DNA of 24,000 nt from Bacteroidota bacterium (lineage in GTDB: Bacteria; Bacteroidota; Bacteroidia; B-17B0; Aurantibacillaceae), in assembly GCA_005787585.1 (NCBI GenBank), contig SYAL01000057.1, positions 2,780-26,779 of the forward strand, read 5' to 3'. Each line of letters starts with the position of its first letter. Positions within the stretch are counted from its first letter, which is position 1. Below the pieces are notes generated by a model. The model was not told where the DNA came from and did no database searches. It saw nothing but the letters and a program-made list of their open reading frames with translations. The position numbers were made by a program, and so were the translations under genes. Positions 10,240 through 17,965 of this stretch are shown piece after piece.

Positions 10240-10596
10240 TCAGTCTAATTTTCTTTTTACAATTAAAATTAAATCTTTCTCTAATAATAAATAGCCATAT
10301 TCGTAACAAAAAATATATTGATGATTGTTTTTTGTGGAAACCTGATTGGTAAAAAGTTTAAAATTAAATCCTTTATCTAATAATTTTTGTTTAGAGATAG
10401 TTGTTTTTTCTCCGACTAAACTTTCTTCTAAAATTCTTCTATTTTTTCTTAGTAAATTATTAATATTTCTTACGTAATTATTAGTATCGCTATTTATTTT
10501 GTTATTGAATGAATTTCTACATAAATCGCTACAGAATTTTTTATCAATTCTACCAACTATTTTTTCTCCACACTCAAGACAAATTCGTTTTTCCAT
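10240..10596 (-). CDS. Conserved small Zn-ribbon protein (CxxC...CxxxC), function unknown
   Basis: I place the start at ATG 10594-10596, giving MEKRICLECGEKIVGRIDKKFCSDLCRNSFNNK.... The ORF-track start at 10629 is a TTG that would overlap the purK stop. The Cys4 ribbon and basic middle region resemble a hypothetical protein widely conserved in Flavobacteriia (from memory). Confidence 0.55.
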   Translation of the reverse strand: MEKRICLECGEKIVGRIDKKFCSDLCRNSFNNKINSDTNNYVRNINNLLRKNRRILEESLVGEKTTISKQKLLDKGFNFKLFTNQVSTKNNHQYIFCYEYGYLLLEKDLILIVKRKLD

Positions 10597-10621
10597 AGAA
10601 TTAAAAAAGTAATAGTTATAC

Positions 10622-11764
10622 TTAAGCAATTATTTTAAATATCTTTTTTACCAGTTTTGCTTTTTGTTTAGCTTTCAAAATATTATCGTCAACAATAGTA
10701 ATATGTCCCATTTTTCTAAACGGCCTAGTTATGGTTTTCCCGTATAAATGAATATAAACCCCACTAAATTTCAAAACATCTTCCATGCCTTGGTATATTG
10801 CAGACCCCTCGAAACCAAAATCTCCTAGTAAATTAATCATAACACTTGGTTTTATGATAGAAGTATCGCCCAAGGGTAAATTTAATATGGCACGTAAATG
10901 TTGTTCAAATTGAGTTGTAATATTTCCTTCAATTGTATTGTGACCACTATTATGAGGACGAGGTGCAACTTCATTAACAAGTATTTTACCATCTTTCGTT
11001 AAAAATAATTCAACAGCTAAAATCCCTATAATTCCTAATTTTTCTGCTAAATCTACCGCAATTTTAATCGCATCTTTTTCAATAGTTTTATTAATATTTG
11101 CAGGACTAAATAAAAATTCAACCAAATTTGCTTCAGGGTTAAATTCACATTCTACTACTGGAAAGCATTTAATTTCTCCATTCTCACTACGTGCAACAAT
11201 CACTGAAAGTTCTTTTTCAAAGTCTACTAGTCTTTCTAAAACACTTGGTTCATCAAATGCTTTATCTAAAAAATTAGGATTTACTAATTTTATTACACCT
11301 TTACCATCATAACCACCTTTTCTTAATTTTTGATAAAATGGAAAATAATCAGCATATTTTTCAATCTGTGATTTAGAATCAATAAGAAAAAAATCGGGGC
11401 TAGGTATATCGTGTCTTTGAAAAAACATTTTTTGAGAGCCCTTATCTTGAATTAATTCAATTATATGAGCTTGAGGATATATTTTTTTACCTTCTTTTTC
11501 GAGCGCTTTAAGAGCTTCAATATTTACATTTTCAATTTCAATCGTAATTAGATCTTTATCCTTACCAAAATTATATACAGTATCATAATCTGTTAGACTA
11601 CCTAGAATAAATTTTTTTACTAAAGTTTTGCAAGGCGCTTCATTATTAGGATCTAGAACAGAAATGTTTAGATTTAGGTTAATAGCACTTTGAATCATCA
11701 TTCTACCCAATTGCCCGCCCCCTAAAATTCCTATATGCAATTGCTGAATTGTTTTTGTCATCAT
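10622..11764 (-). CDS. purK: N5-carboxyaminoimidazole ribonucleotide synthase (PurK)
   Basis: 380 aa. It has an N-terminal GILGGGQLGRMM nucleotide-binding loop and an ATP-grasp core (QKLRKGGYDGKGV, ELSVIVAR, LVNEVAPRPHNSGH). The C-terminus KMGHITI is typical of PurK. Confidence 0.92.
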   Translation of the reverse strand: MMTKTIQQLHIGILGGGQLGRMMIQSAINLNLNISVLDPNNEAPCKTLVKKFILGSLTDYDTVYNFGKDKDLITIEIENVNIEALKALEKEGKKIYPQAHIIELIQDKGSQKMFFQRHDIPSPDFFLIDSKSQIEKYADYFPFYQKLRKGGYDGKGVIKLVNPNFLDKAFDEPSVLERLVDFEKELSVIVARSENGEIKCFPVVECEFNPEANLVEFLFSPANINKTIEKDAIKIAVDLAEKLGIIGILAVELFLTKDGKILVNEVAPRPHNSGHNTIEGNITTQFEQHLRAILNLPLGDTSIIKPSVMINLLGDFGFEGSAIYQGMEDVLKFSGVYIHLYGKTITRPFRKMGHITIVDDNILKAKQKAKLVKKIFKIIA

Positions 11765-12028
11765 TCTATTTTGATATAAAGATACAGAATAATATAAATT
11801 AAATTATCTTAATTAAAATAGTTTAAATTTATATTTTTAAATTAATAAATATAGTATAAAAATGTCTCGATATATTTTTAAGATAAATTAATTTTATTAA
11901 AAAATACATTCATAATTTCTTAAATACTAATATAAATAGTTCATTTGATCTGAAAACATAAATTCTGATAAAATGTATATATATACATATATATAATTGA
12001 GTTAGTTAGTATTTTAAAATTAATTAAG

Positions 12029-12121
12029 CGATAAAAATATTTTAATTTTGAAATATACTTCATGAAATATTAATTAAACTTATTAATTAGCTTAATTGTT
12101 TAAATATTGTTATCTTTTTTT
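12029..12121 (+). repeat. Direct repeat copy A: decayed copy of the promoter and 5' coding region of the small membrane ORF
   Basis: An ungapped alignment to 13410-13502 (offset 1381 bp) gives 76/92 identities over 12029-12120 by hand count, including a 39-bp core with 36/39 (cgataaaaatattttaattttGaaataTacttCatgaaa). Weaker, gapped similarity continues upstream to about 11954 versus 13335. The copy contains ATG AAA TAT TAA..., an interrupted version of the copy-B ORF, and a TAATTTTG match to the Bacteroidota -7 promoter consensus TAnnTTTG at 12043-12050. Confidence 0.8.
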
Positions 12122-12212
12122 CGAAAGAAAAAATTGATTAATTTTAATTTATCTTTTTAACATATTATTTTTATTTGAATTTTTATTTTATTGAAAAAAG
12201 TACATTTAACTA

Positions 12213-13187
12213 TCATAATTTAAAGTTTAAGTCTATATTATTTTTAAAAAAGTTTAATGCAAATTGCTCTGACCAATAATAAGTAGTGTTGAAGCTTGGA
12301 TATCCAATGTGGCCGCCTTCTTTTGTGATATGATAACAAACAGATTTTGATTGATTGGCAGGATGAATATTAAGAATTTCTGGAGTTAAGAAAGGATCAT
12401 TGAGTGCATTGATAATAAAGGTTGGAATTTGAATATGATTTAGAAAATGTTTTGAGCTACATTTTGTATAATAATCTTCGGCATCTTTAAATCCGCTAAG
12501 AGGTGCCGTTAAGATATTATCAAATTCGTAAATAGTTTTAATTTTTGGTAATTTTTTTAAGTCAAATAATCCAGGAAATTGTTTGTATTTAGCAGTTGCT
12601 TTTTTTTTAAGTGAATTGATAAAGCGTAACTCATAGAGATAGTTTTTTGTCGTTGATAAGTTGATAGAAACAGATTTGAGATCAAGAGGGGCTGCAAAGA
12701 CACAGGCTTTTTTTACTTTATTTGGAACTCCTGGTTCCCCTAAAAATTTTAAAGTTAGATTGGCGCCAAGACTGAAACCTACTAAATAGATTTGATCATA
12801 ATTTCTTGATGCATGACTTAATACGCACATAAAATCTTCTGTAGCTCCAAGGTGATACATTTTTTTTGTGTTATTTATTTGTGTTGAGCATCCGCGATAA
12901 TTCCATGCTAATACATCAAAGCCATGATTATAATGAATATTGGCCATTCCTTTAATATAAGCTCTGTTTGCATTTCCTTCCATTCCATGAGAAATAATGA
13001 CCAATTGATTACTTTTTTGTTTTAACCAAAATAAGTCCAAAAAATCGGCATCTGAAGTCGAAATTCTTTCATGTATATAAGGTTTAATAAGCTGAATTTT
13101 TCTAAGTAAAGCGGGGTAAATAGTTTGTAAATGACCAGTAAAGAGTAATTTTGGCGCTTCATAATTTTTAAAATTTTGATTCATCAT
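12213..13187 (-). CDS. Alpha/beta-fold hydrolase, YheT / ABHD1-3-like
   Basis: 324 aa with the HGMEG oxyanion-region motif (VIISHGMEGNANRAY), the nucleophile elbow GFSLGAN (GxSxG), a late Asp (NALNDPF) and His (GGHIGY). The layout is typical of the YheT-type predicted esterases. Confidence 0.8.
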   Translation of the reverse strand: MMNQNFKNYEAPKLLFTGHLQTIYPALLRKIQLIKPYIHERISTSDADFLDLFWLKQKSNQLVIISHGMEGNANRAYIKGMANIHYNHGFDVLAWNYRGCSTQINNTKKMYHLGATEDFMCVLSHASRNYDQIYLVGFSLGANLTLKFLGEPGVPNKVKKACVFAAPLDLKSVSINLSTTKNYLYELRFINSLKKKATAKYKQFPGLFDLKKLPKIKTIYEFDNILTAPLSGFKDAEDYYTKCSSKHFLNHIQIPTFIINALNDPFLTPEILNIHPANQSKSVCYHITKEGGHIGYPSFNTTYYWSEQFALNFFKNNIDLNFKL

Positions 13188-13409
13188 TTTACTTTTGAAT
13201 GAATTGTTAAAATAATTTTAGTAATAGTTGATAGATATAAATACAAACAAATTATCTTTATACCAATACTTTAATAATTCTTTTAATTTAGCAATAATTA
13301 TTACATACCCAAACAATCCTTCTTTTAATTAAAAAAATACAATTTTTGATGAAATATATGTAATATATGTGTGAATCGAGTTAGTAATTATTTTATAAAT
13401 CAAAAAAAA

Positions 13410-13502
13410 CGATAAAAATATTTTAATTTTCAAATAGACTTTATGAAACACTCATTAAATTTATTTATTATTTTGATTGTTTCAATTTCTTTATCTCTTT
13501 TT
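13410..13502 (+). repeat. Direct repeat copy B (intact partner of 12029-12121), spanning the upstream region and first 20 codons of the 60-aa ORF
   Basis: See copy A. The same 93-bp segment recurs at a 1381-bp offset. Here the reading frame after the ATG at 13443 stays open. Confidence 0.8.
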
Positions 13503-13625
13503 GCCTGGTTTGTTGATAGTGGACCGAAAACTAATGGTATTACTCTGAATATTTTTGAAATATTTATGGTAAGTTTAATTTTTTTATTTTCATTACTCTA
13601 TTATATTTTGTTGTTAATTTTCTAA
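13443..13625 (+). CDS. Putative small membrane protein (60 aa, two predicted TM helices)
   Basis: The ORF MKHSLNLFIILIVSISLSLFAWFVDSGPKTNGITLNIFEIFMVSLIFLFSLLYYILLLIF has two hydrophobic stretches joined by a polar loop. It lies 103 bp upstream of ispG on the same strand. The decayed paralogous copy at 12062-12121 shows that this sequence has been duplicated. I recognised no homology, and a hydrophobic ORF can arise by chance in T-rich DNA. Confidence 0.35.
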   Translation: MKHSLNLFIILIVSISLSLFAWFVDSGPKTNGITLNIFEIFMVSLIFLFSLLYYILLLIF

Positions 13626-13728
13626 AAAAATAAATAGCTTAAATTATAAAGTTTCAATTTTTTCTTATTAATAAATCAAATTAAAACATTAATAAAATAA
13701 ATTTATCTTTGTAAATTTATTTAAGGTT

Positions 13729-15666
13729 ATGAATTATTCAAATAATTATTGTAACAGTTTTACTGAATACAAACGATTTTTAACTCGTGAGGTAAGCATA
13801 GGCGATCTTAAAATGGGTGCATTTAATCCGATCCGTATTCAAAGTATGACTACTACTGATACAATGGATACTCATGCAACTGTTGAACAAAGTATAAGAA
13901 TGATTAATGCAGGTTGCGAATTGGTAAGAATTACTGCACCAAGTATTAATGAAGCTAAAAATTTAGAATTAATTAAAAATGAATTAAAATTAAGAGGATT
14001 TAATACTCCTATTTGTGCAGATATACATTTTACTCCAAATGCCGCTGAATTTGCAGCGCGCGTTATAGAAAAGGTGCGTGTAAATCCAGGAAATTATGCA
14101 GATAAGAAAAAATTTGAAGTGTTTGATTATACAGATTCTGCCTATGAATCAGAATTAGAAAGAATACGGAAGCGCTTTACTCCTTTGGTGAAAATATGTA
14201 AGGAATATGGAACAGCCATGCGCATCGGTACAAATCATGGTTCCTTAAGTGATAGAATTTTGAGCCGCTATGGTGATACACCATTGGGAATGGTAGAAAG
14301 TGCTTTGGAATTTTTACGAATTTGCGAAGAAAATAATTATTTTAATATTGTAATTTCGATGAAAGCAAGCAACACCCAAGTGATGGTGCAAGCGTATCGT
14401 TTATTGGTTGCCAAAATGATGGAGTCAAATCGCAATTACCCTTTGCATTTGGGTGTTACTGAGGCCGGTGATGGCGAAGACGGAAGAATAAAATCTGCAG
14501 TTGGTATTGGCTCATTATTAGAGGATGGTTTGGGTGACACCATTCGGGTTTCTTTAACCGAAGAGCCAGAATTTGAGTTACCTGTCGCAAAATTATTGGC
14601 CGATAGATATTCACTAAGAAAAGAACATAAAAAAATCCCTCAAATAAAATTCAAATTGCCATATAATCCTTTTGAATATGAACGTTTTCATACTAATGAG
14701 ATTATTAATATCGGAAATCATAATGTCCCTCGTATTATAGCCGATTATAGTATGAAACCAGAGGTAACTGCTGCAAGTTTATTTGGTGTAGGTTACAATT
14801 ATTCTGTGCCTCTTGATAAATGGAATTTAACTGATATGGCCGTTGATTATTTATTTTTAGGTGATAATAACATTAATTTTGAAACTCCAGGAACGCTTGG
14901 ATTAATATACAATTCTCAATCCTGGTTAGCTCATAAAAATCACAAATTAAGTTTTCCTTTATTTTGTGGAGATGAATATTTTAGATTAACTGAAACTTCT
15001 TCAAAACTAAATTTTGTAGTGGTTACCATTGAAGTTTTAACTGCTGAATTTATTGAAAAAATAAAAAATGATAATACAGTTTGTTTAGTTTTAGATTCTT
15101 TTAACATGCACACCATGTCAGAATTGAGAAGAATGGCAATTGACCTTGCTTATCATAAATGTAAATTACCAATCATCATCAAATGTAATTATGGGCAATT
15201 AAGCCAAGAAGAATTTCAATTATTTAGTAGTACCGATATTGGCGGTTTATTATTAGATGGTTTTGGAGATGGTATTTGGATTAAACAAAAAGATTGTGTT
15301 AGCATACAAATTTGTAATTCTACGGCTTTCGGTATTTTACAAGCATCTCGTACCCGTATTTCTAAAACAGAATATATTTCTTGTCCTAGTTGTGGCCGAA
15401 CATTATTTGATTTACAAGAAACTACACAAAAAATTCGTGAACGTACCGATCATTTAAAAGGTATTAAAATTGGCATCATGGGTTGTATTGTAAATGGTCC
15501 TGGTGAAATGGCTGATGCAGATTATGGATATGTTGGGACCGGTCCAGGAAAAATTAGTTTATATAAAGGCAAAGTAGTTGTAAAGAAAAATGTTACCAGC
15601 GAAACAGCCGTTAATGAATTAATTGGATTGATAAAAGAAAATGGAGATTGGTTAGAAAAAAAATAG
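13729..15666 (+). CDS. ispG: 4-hydroxy-3-methylbut-2-en-1-yl diphosphate synthase (IspG/GcpE), long form with inserted domain
   Basis: 645 aa. The N-terminal TIM-barrel part has the blocks IRIQSMTTTDT, VRITAP, ADIHF, RVNPGN, MRIGTNHGSL and HLGVTEAG. The C-terminal [4Fe-4S] domain has YISCPSCGRT and GIMGCIVNGPGE. About 250 aa are inserted between the two domains, as in the Bacteroidota, Chlamydia and plant type. Confidence 0.95.
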   Translation: MNYSNNYCNSFTEYKRFLTREVSIGDLKMGAFNPIRIQSMTTTDTMDTHATVEQSIRMINAGCELVRITAPSINEAKNLELIKNELKLRGFNTPICADIHFTPNAAEFAARVIEKVRVNPGNYADKKKFEVFDYTDSAYESELERIRKRFTPLVKICKEYGTAMRIGTNHGSLSDRILSRYGDTPLGMVESALEFLRICEENNYFNIVISMKASNTQVMVQAYRLLVAKMMESNRNYPLHLGVTEAGDGEDGRIKSAVGIGSLLEDGLGDTIRVSLTEEPEFELPVAKLLADRYSLRKEHKKIPQIKFKLPYNPFEYERFHTNEIINIGNHNVPRIIADYSMKPEVTAASLFGVGYNYSVPLDKWNLTDMAVDYLFLGDNNINFETPGTLGLIYNSQSWLAHKNHKLSFPLFCGDEYFRLTETSSKLNFVVVTIEVLTAEFIEKIKNDNTVCLVLDSFNMHTMSELRRMAIDLAYHKCKLPIIIKCNYGQLSQEEFQLFSSTDIGGLLLDGFGDGIWIKQKDCVSIQICNSTAFGILQASRTRISKTEYISCPSCGRTLFDLQETTQKIRERTDHLKGIKIGIMGCIVNGPGEMADADYGYVGTGPGKISLYKGKVVVKKNVTSETAVNELIGLIKENGDWLEKK

Positions 15667-15717
15667 AAAGTTCTTTTAAAGAAAACCCTCTATTGGATGG
15701 CAATTTAATTTAAAAAT

Positions 15718-17115
15718 TTACTTTAAACTTCCAATCATATCTTTGGGTTTAACCCATTGGTCAAATTGTTCGTTTGTTAGATATCCTAATTCAATAGCAG
15801 CCTCACGTAAAGTTTTATTCTCTTTATGAGCAGTTTTTGCAATTTTTGCCGATTTTTCATAACCAATATGAGTATTTAGTGCAGTTACTAACATCAACGA
15901 ATTTTCTAAATGTAATTTTAATTGGGGTAAATTTGGCTCAATTCCAATGGCACAATTATCATTAAAGCTAACACAAGCATCACCAATTAATCGGGCTGAT
16001 TGCAATACATTAGCAGCAATAACGGGTTTAAAAACATTTAATTCAAAGTGTCCCATAGAACCACCAATAGAAACAGAAACATCATTTCCAATTACTTGAG
16101 CACAAACCATTGTCATAGCTTCAGGCTGAGTGGGATTTACTTTACCAGGCATGATAGAAGAACCTGGTTCATTATCTGGAATTATAATTTCGCCAATTCC
16201 ACAACGAGGACCTGATGATAGCATTCTAACATCATTAGCAATTTTCATTAATGCAACGGCAGTTCTTTTTAAGGCCCCGCTTAATTCAACCATTGCGTCA
16301 TGTGCAGCTAGGGCTTCAAATTTATTTGGCGCGGTAACGAATGGCATACCCGTTAATTCAGCAATTTTTTTAGCTACCAAAATATCGTATCCTTTTGGTG
16401 TATTTAATCCTGTTCCAACGGCAGTTCCACCTAAAGCTAATTCACTCACAGCTTCTAGGGAATTATTTAAAACACGAATACTCATGTCAATTTGTTGAAC
16501 GTAACCACTAAACTCTTGGCCTAAAGACAGAGGTGTGGCATCCATGAAATGGGTGCGGCCTGTTTTAATAATATCTTTAAATGATATAGCTTTTTTGTTT
16601 AAAGAATTGCGAAGTTTATTTAGGCCAGGAATGGTAATATCAACAATTTGTTTATAGGCTGCAATATGCATAGCTGTTGGAAAAGTATCGTTACTAGATT
16701 GTGATTTGTTTACGTCATCATTTGGATGTAAAACTTTTTTTTCATCATTTAAATTACCTCCGTTTAAAACGTGTGCACGATAGGCAATTACTTCATTAGT
16801 ATTCATATTACTTTGAGTACCTGATCCTGTTTGCCAAATTACCAGGGGAAATTGTTCGTCTAGTTTTTTTGATATTATTTCATCGCAGACTTGAGATATT
16901 AAATCACATTTTTCTTTTGATAATACACCCAATTCAAAATTAGTCAATGCAGCAGCTTTTTTTAAATATCCAAAAGCATAAATTATTTCTTTTGGCATAC
17001 TTGCCTCTGGTCCAATTTTAAAATTATTTCTACTGCGCTCTGTCTGAGCACCCCAATATACATGGGCTGGCACTTTTACCTCACCCATCGTATCAGTTTC
17101 TATTCTAAATTCCAT
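15718..17115 (-). CDS. fumC: Class II fumarate hydratase (FumC)
   Basis: 465 aa. It carries the fumarate lyase signature [11 protein letters not shown], together with [12 protein letters not shown] and [10 protein letters not shown] blocks typical of FumC. Confidence 0.95.
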   Translation of the reverse strand: MEFRIETDTMGEVKVPAHVYWGAQTERSRNNFKIGPEASMPKEIIYAFGYLKKAAALTNFELGVLSKEKCDLISQVCDEIISKKLDEQFPLVIWQTGSGTQSNMNTNEVIAYRAHVLNGGNLNDEKKVLHPNDDVNKSQSSNDTFPTAMHIAAYKQIVDITIPGLNKLRNSLNKKAISFKDIIKTGRTHFMDATPLSLGQEFSGYVQQIDMSIRVLNNSLEAVSELALGGTAVGTGLNTPKGYDILVAKKIAELTGMPFVTAPNKFEALAAHDAMVELSGALKRTAVALMKIANDVRMLSSGPRCGIGEIIIPDNEPGSSIMPGKVNPTQPEAMTMVCAQVIGNDVSVSIGGSMGHFELNVFKPVIAANVLQSARLIGDACVSFNDNCAIGIEPNLPQLKLHLENSLMLVTALNTHIGYEKSAKIAKTAHKENKTLREAAIELGYLTNEQFDQWVKPKDMIGSLK

Positions 17116-17230
17116 AAATATATATTAAAATATAAATGTAATGTTTTTTTAAACTATAAATAAAAGAATATAATAAGATTTAAAGTTTAAAAAATACTTT
17201 ATATTAAATATAAGTTTTTATATAATTGAT

Positions 17231-17887
17231 TTATTCATTCGGTTTATTTTTAATAGAATAGGTTATTGAAGATTTTGTTGAGCTGATTTGAGGTAGAATT
17301 TCTCTTGAGGTACGAATAAAAGTTTTTTGATTTAGATATTGATAAGTGTTTAATTTATTTAATTTGTTTTCTTCAATTATTCTAATTAATGCTGAACCAT
17401 ATTTTGAAAAAGTAGCATAACCTGCTTTTTTTAGGCCATGGCACCATCCCTTATAATCCTTAATTCCTAATTTAAATAAGTTAGAATAGCGAGGTCGACT
17501 AATTAAAAACAAGCTGTGGTCATCAAAAGATTCTTCAACAGTATTATATTTTCTAAAACACTCGTTCAACTGATCGTCTGATTTTAATACAGTATCCCCT
17601 TCCCATCCAACATGACATTTAATTCCAAAATGATTATTAGATCTTTTTGCTAATTCGCTAACTCCACTTGAGCTTTCATAAATAGCCTGAGCAAGAGTAA
17701 CACTGGCAGGAATTTTGTATAAGATCATTTGTCGAATGGCCTCTTGAGCATAATTTTCAATATAAATTTGTGTTTTTAAATTGGACGGCTGTGCTATTAA
17801 ATTGAATGAAAAAAGAATTAAAAAATTAAATAGGACAATGGCTTTAACGATTAAAAAAAGACTTATTGAAAAACTGCGATTTATCAT
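17231..17887 (-). CDS. Glucosaminidase-domain protein (mannosyl-glycoprotein endo-beta-N-acetylglucosaminidase-like, peptidoglycan hydrolase)
   Basis: 218 aa with an N-terminal hydrophobic signal or anchor. The block IPASVTLAQAIYESSSGVSELAKRSNNHFGIK...F.KY....ES..DH is typical of the Glucosaminidase (FlgJ C-terminal-like) domain. Confidence 0.8.
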   Translation of the reverse strand: MINRSFSISLFLIVKAIVLFNFLILFSFNLIAQPSNLKTQIYIENYAQEAIRQMILYKIPASVTLAQAIYESSSGVSELAKRSNNHFGIKCHVGWEGDTVLKSDDQLNECFRKYNTVEESFDDHSLFLISRPRYSNLFKLGIKDYKGWCHGLKKAGYATFSKYGSALIRIIEENKLNKLNTYQYLNQKTFIRTSREILPQISSTKSSITYSIKNKPNE

Positions 17888-17965
17888 TTATATTTACAAA
17901 AATAAGTAACATTACATCTATATTTCCAATTAGTTTTTTTATATATTAACAAGGCATTTTTGAAA

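Noticed and set aside
10043-10309. 88-aa ORF on the - strand spanning the 3' end of the nucleoid-associated gene and the 3' end of the Zn-ribbon gene
   Set aside because: It overlaps two better-supported genes and gives an Ile/Leu/Phe/Tyr-rich nonsense-like peptide. No independent support exists.
10597-10629. Extended TTG starts proposed by the ORF track for the Zn-ribbon gene (10629) and the prolyl oligopeptidase (17960)
   Set aside because: In both cases an ATG a few codons downstream (10596 and 17966) gives a more typical N-terminus (MEKRICLECGE..., and a signal peptide MNISFVLL...). The 10596 start also removes the overlap with purK.
15667-15717. Possible terminator hairpin between the convergent ispG and fumC genes (ttctt-tta-aagaa)
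   Set aside because: The stem is 5 bp with only one G-C pair, the loop is 3 nt, and there is no convincing flanking T-run. That is not enough to support a terminator call.
16130-16498. 122-aa ORF on the + strand inside fumC; similar embedded ORFs at 6182-6403 (-), 8336-8596 (+), 15257-15457 (+) and 23486-23689 (+)
   Set aside because: All lie entirely within, and antisense or out of frame to, strongly supported conserved genes (fumC, phoH-like, S41 protease, ispG, M1 peptidase). Their translations are low-complexity and have no recognisable motifs. They are typical shadow ORFs.
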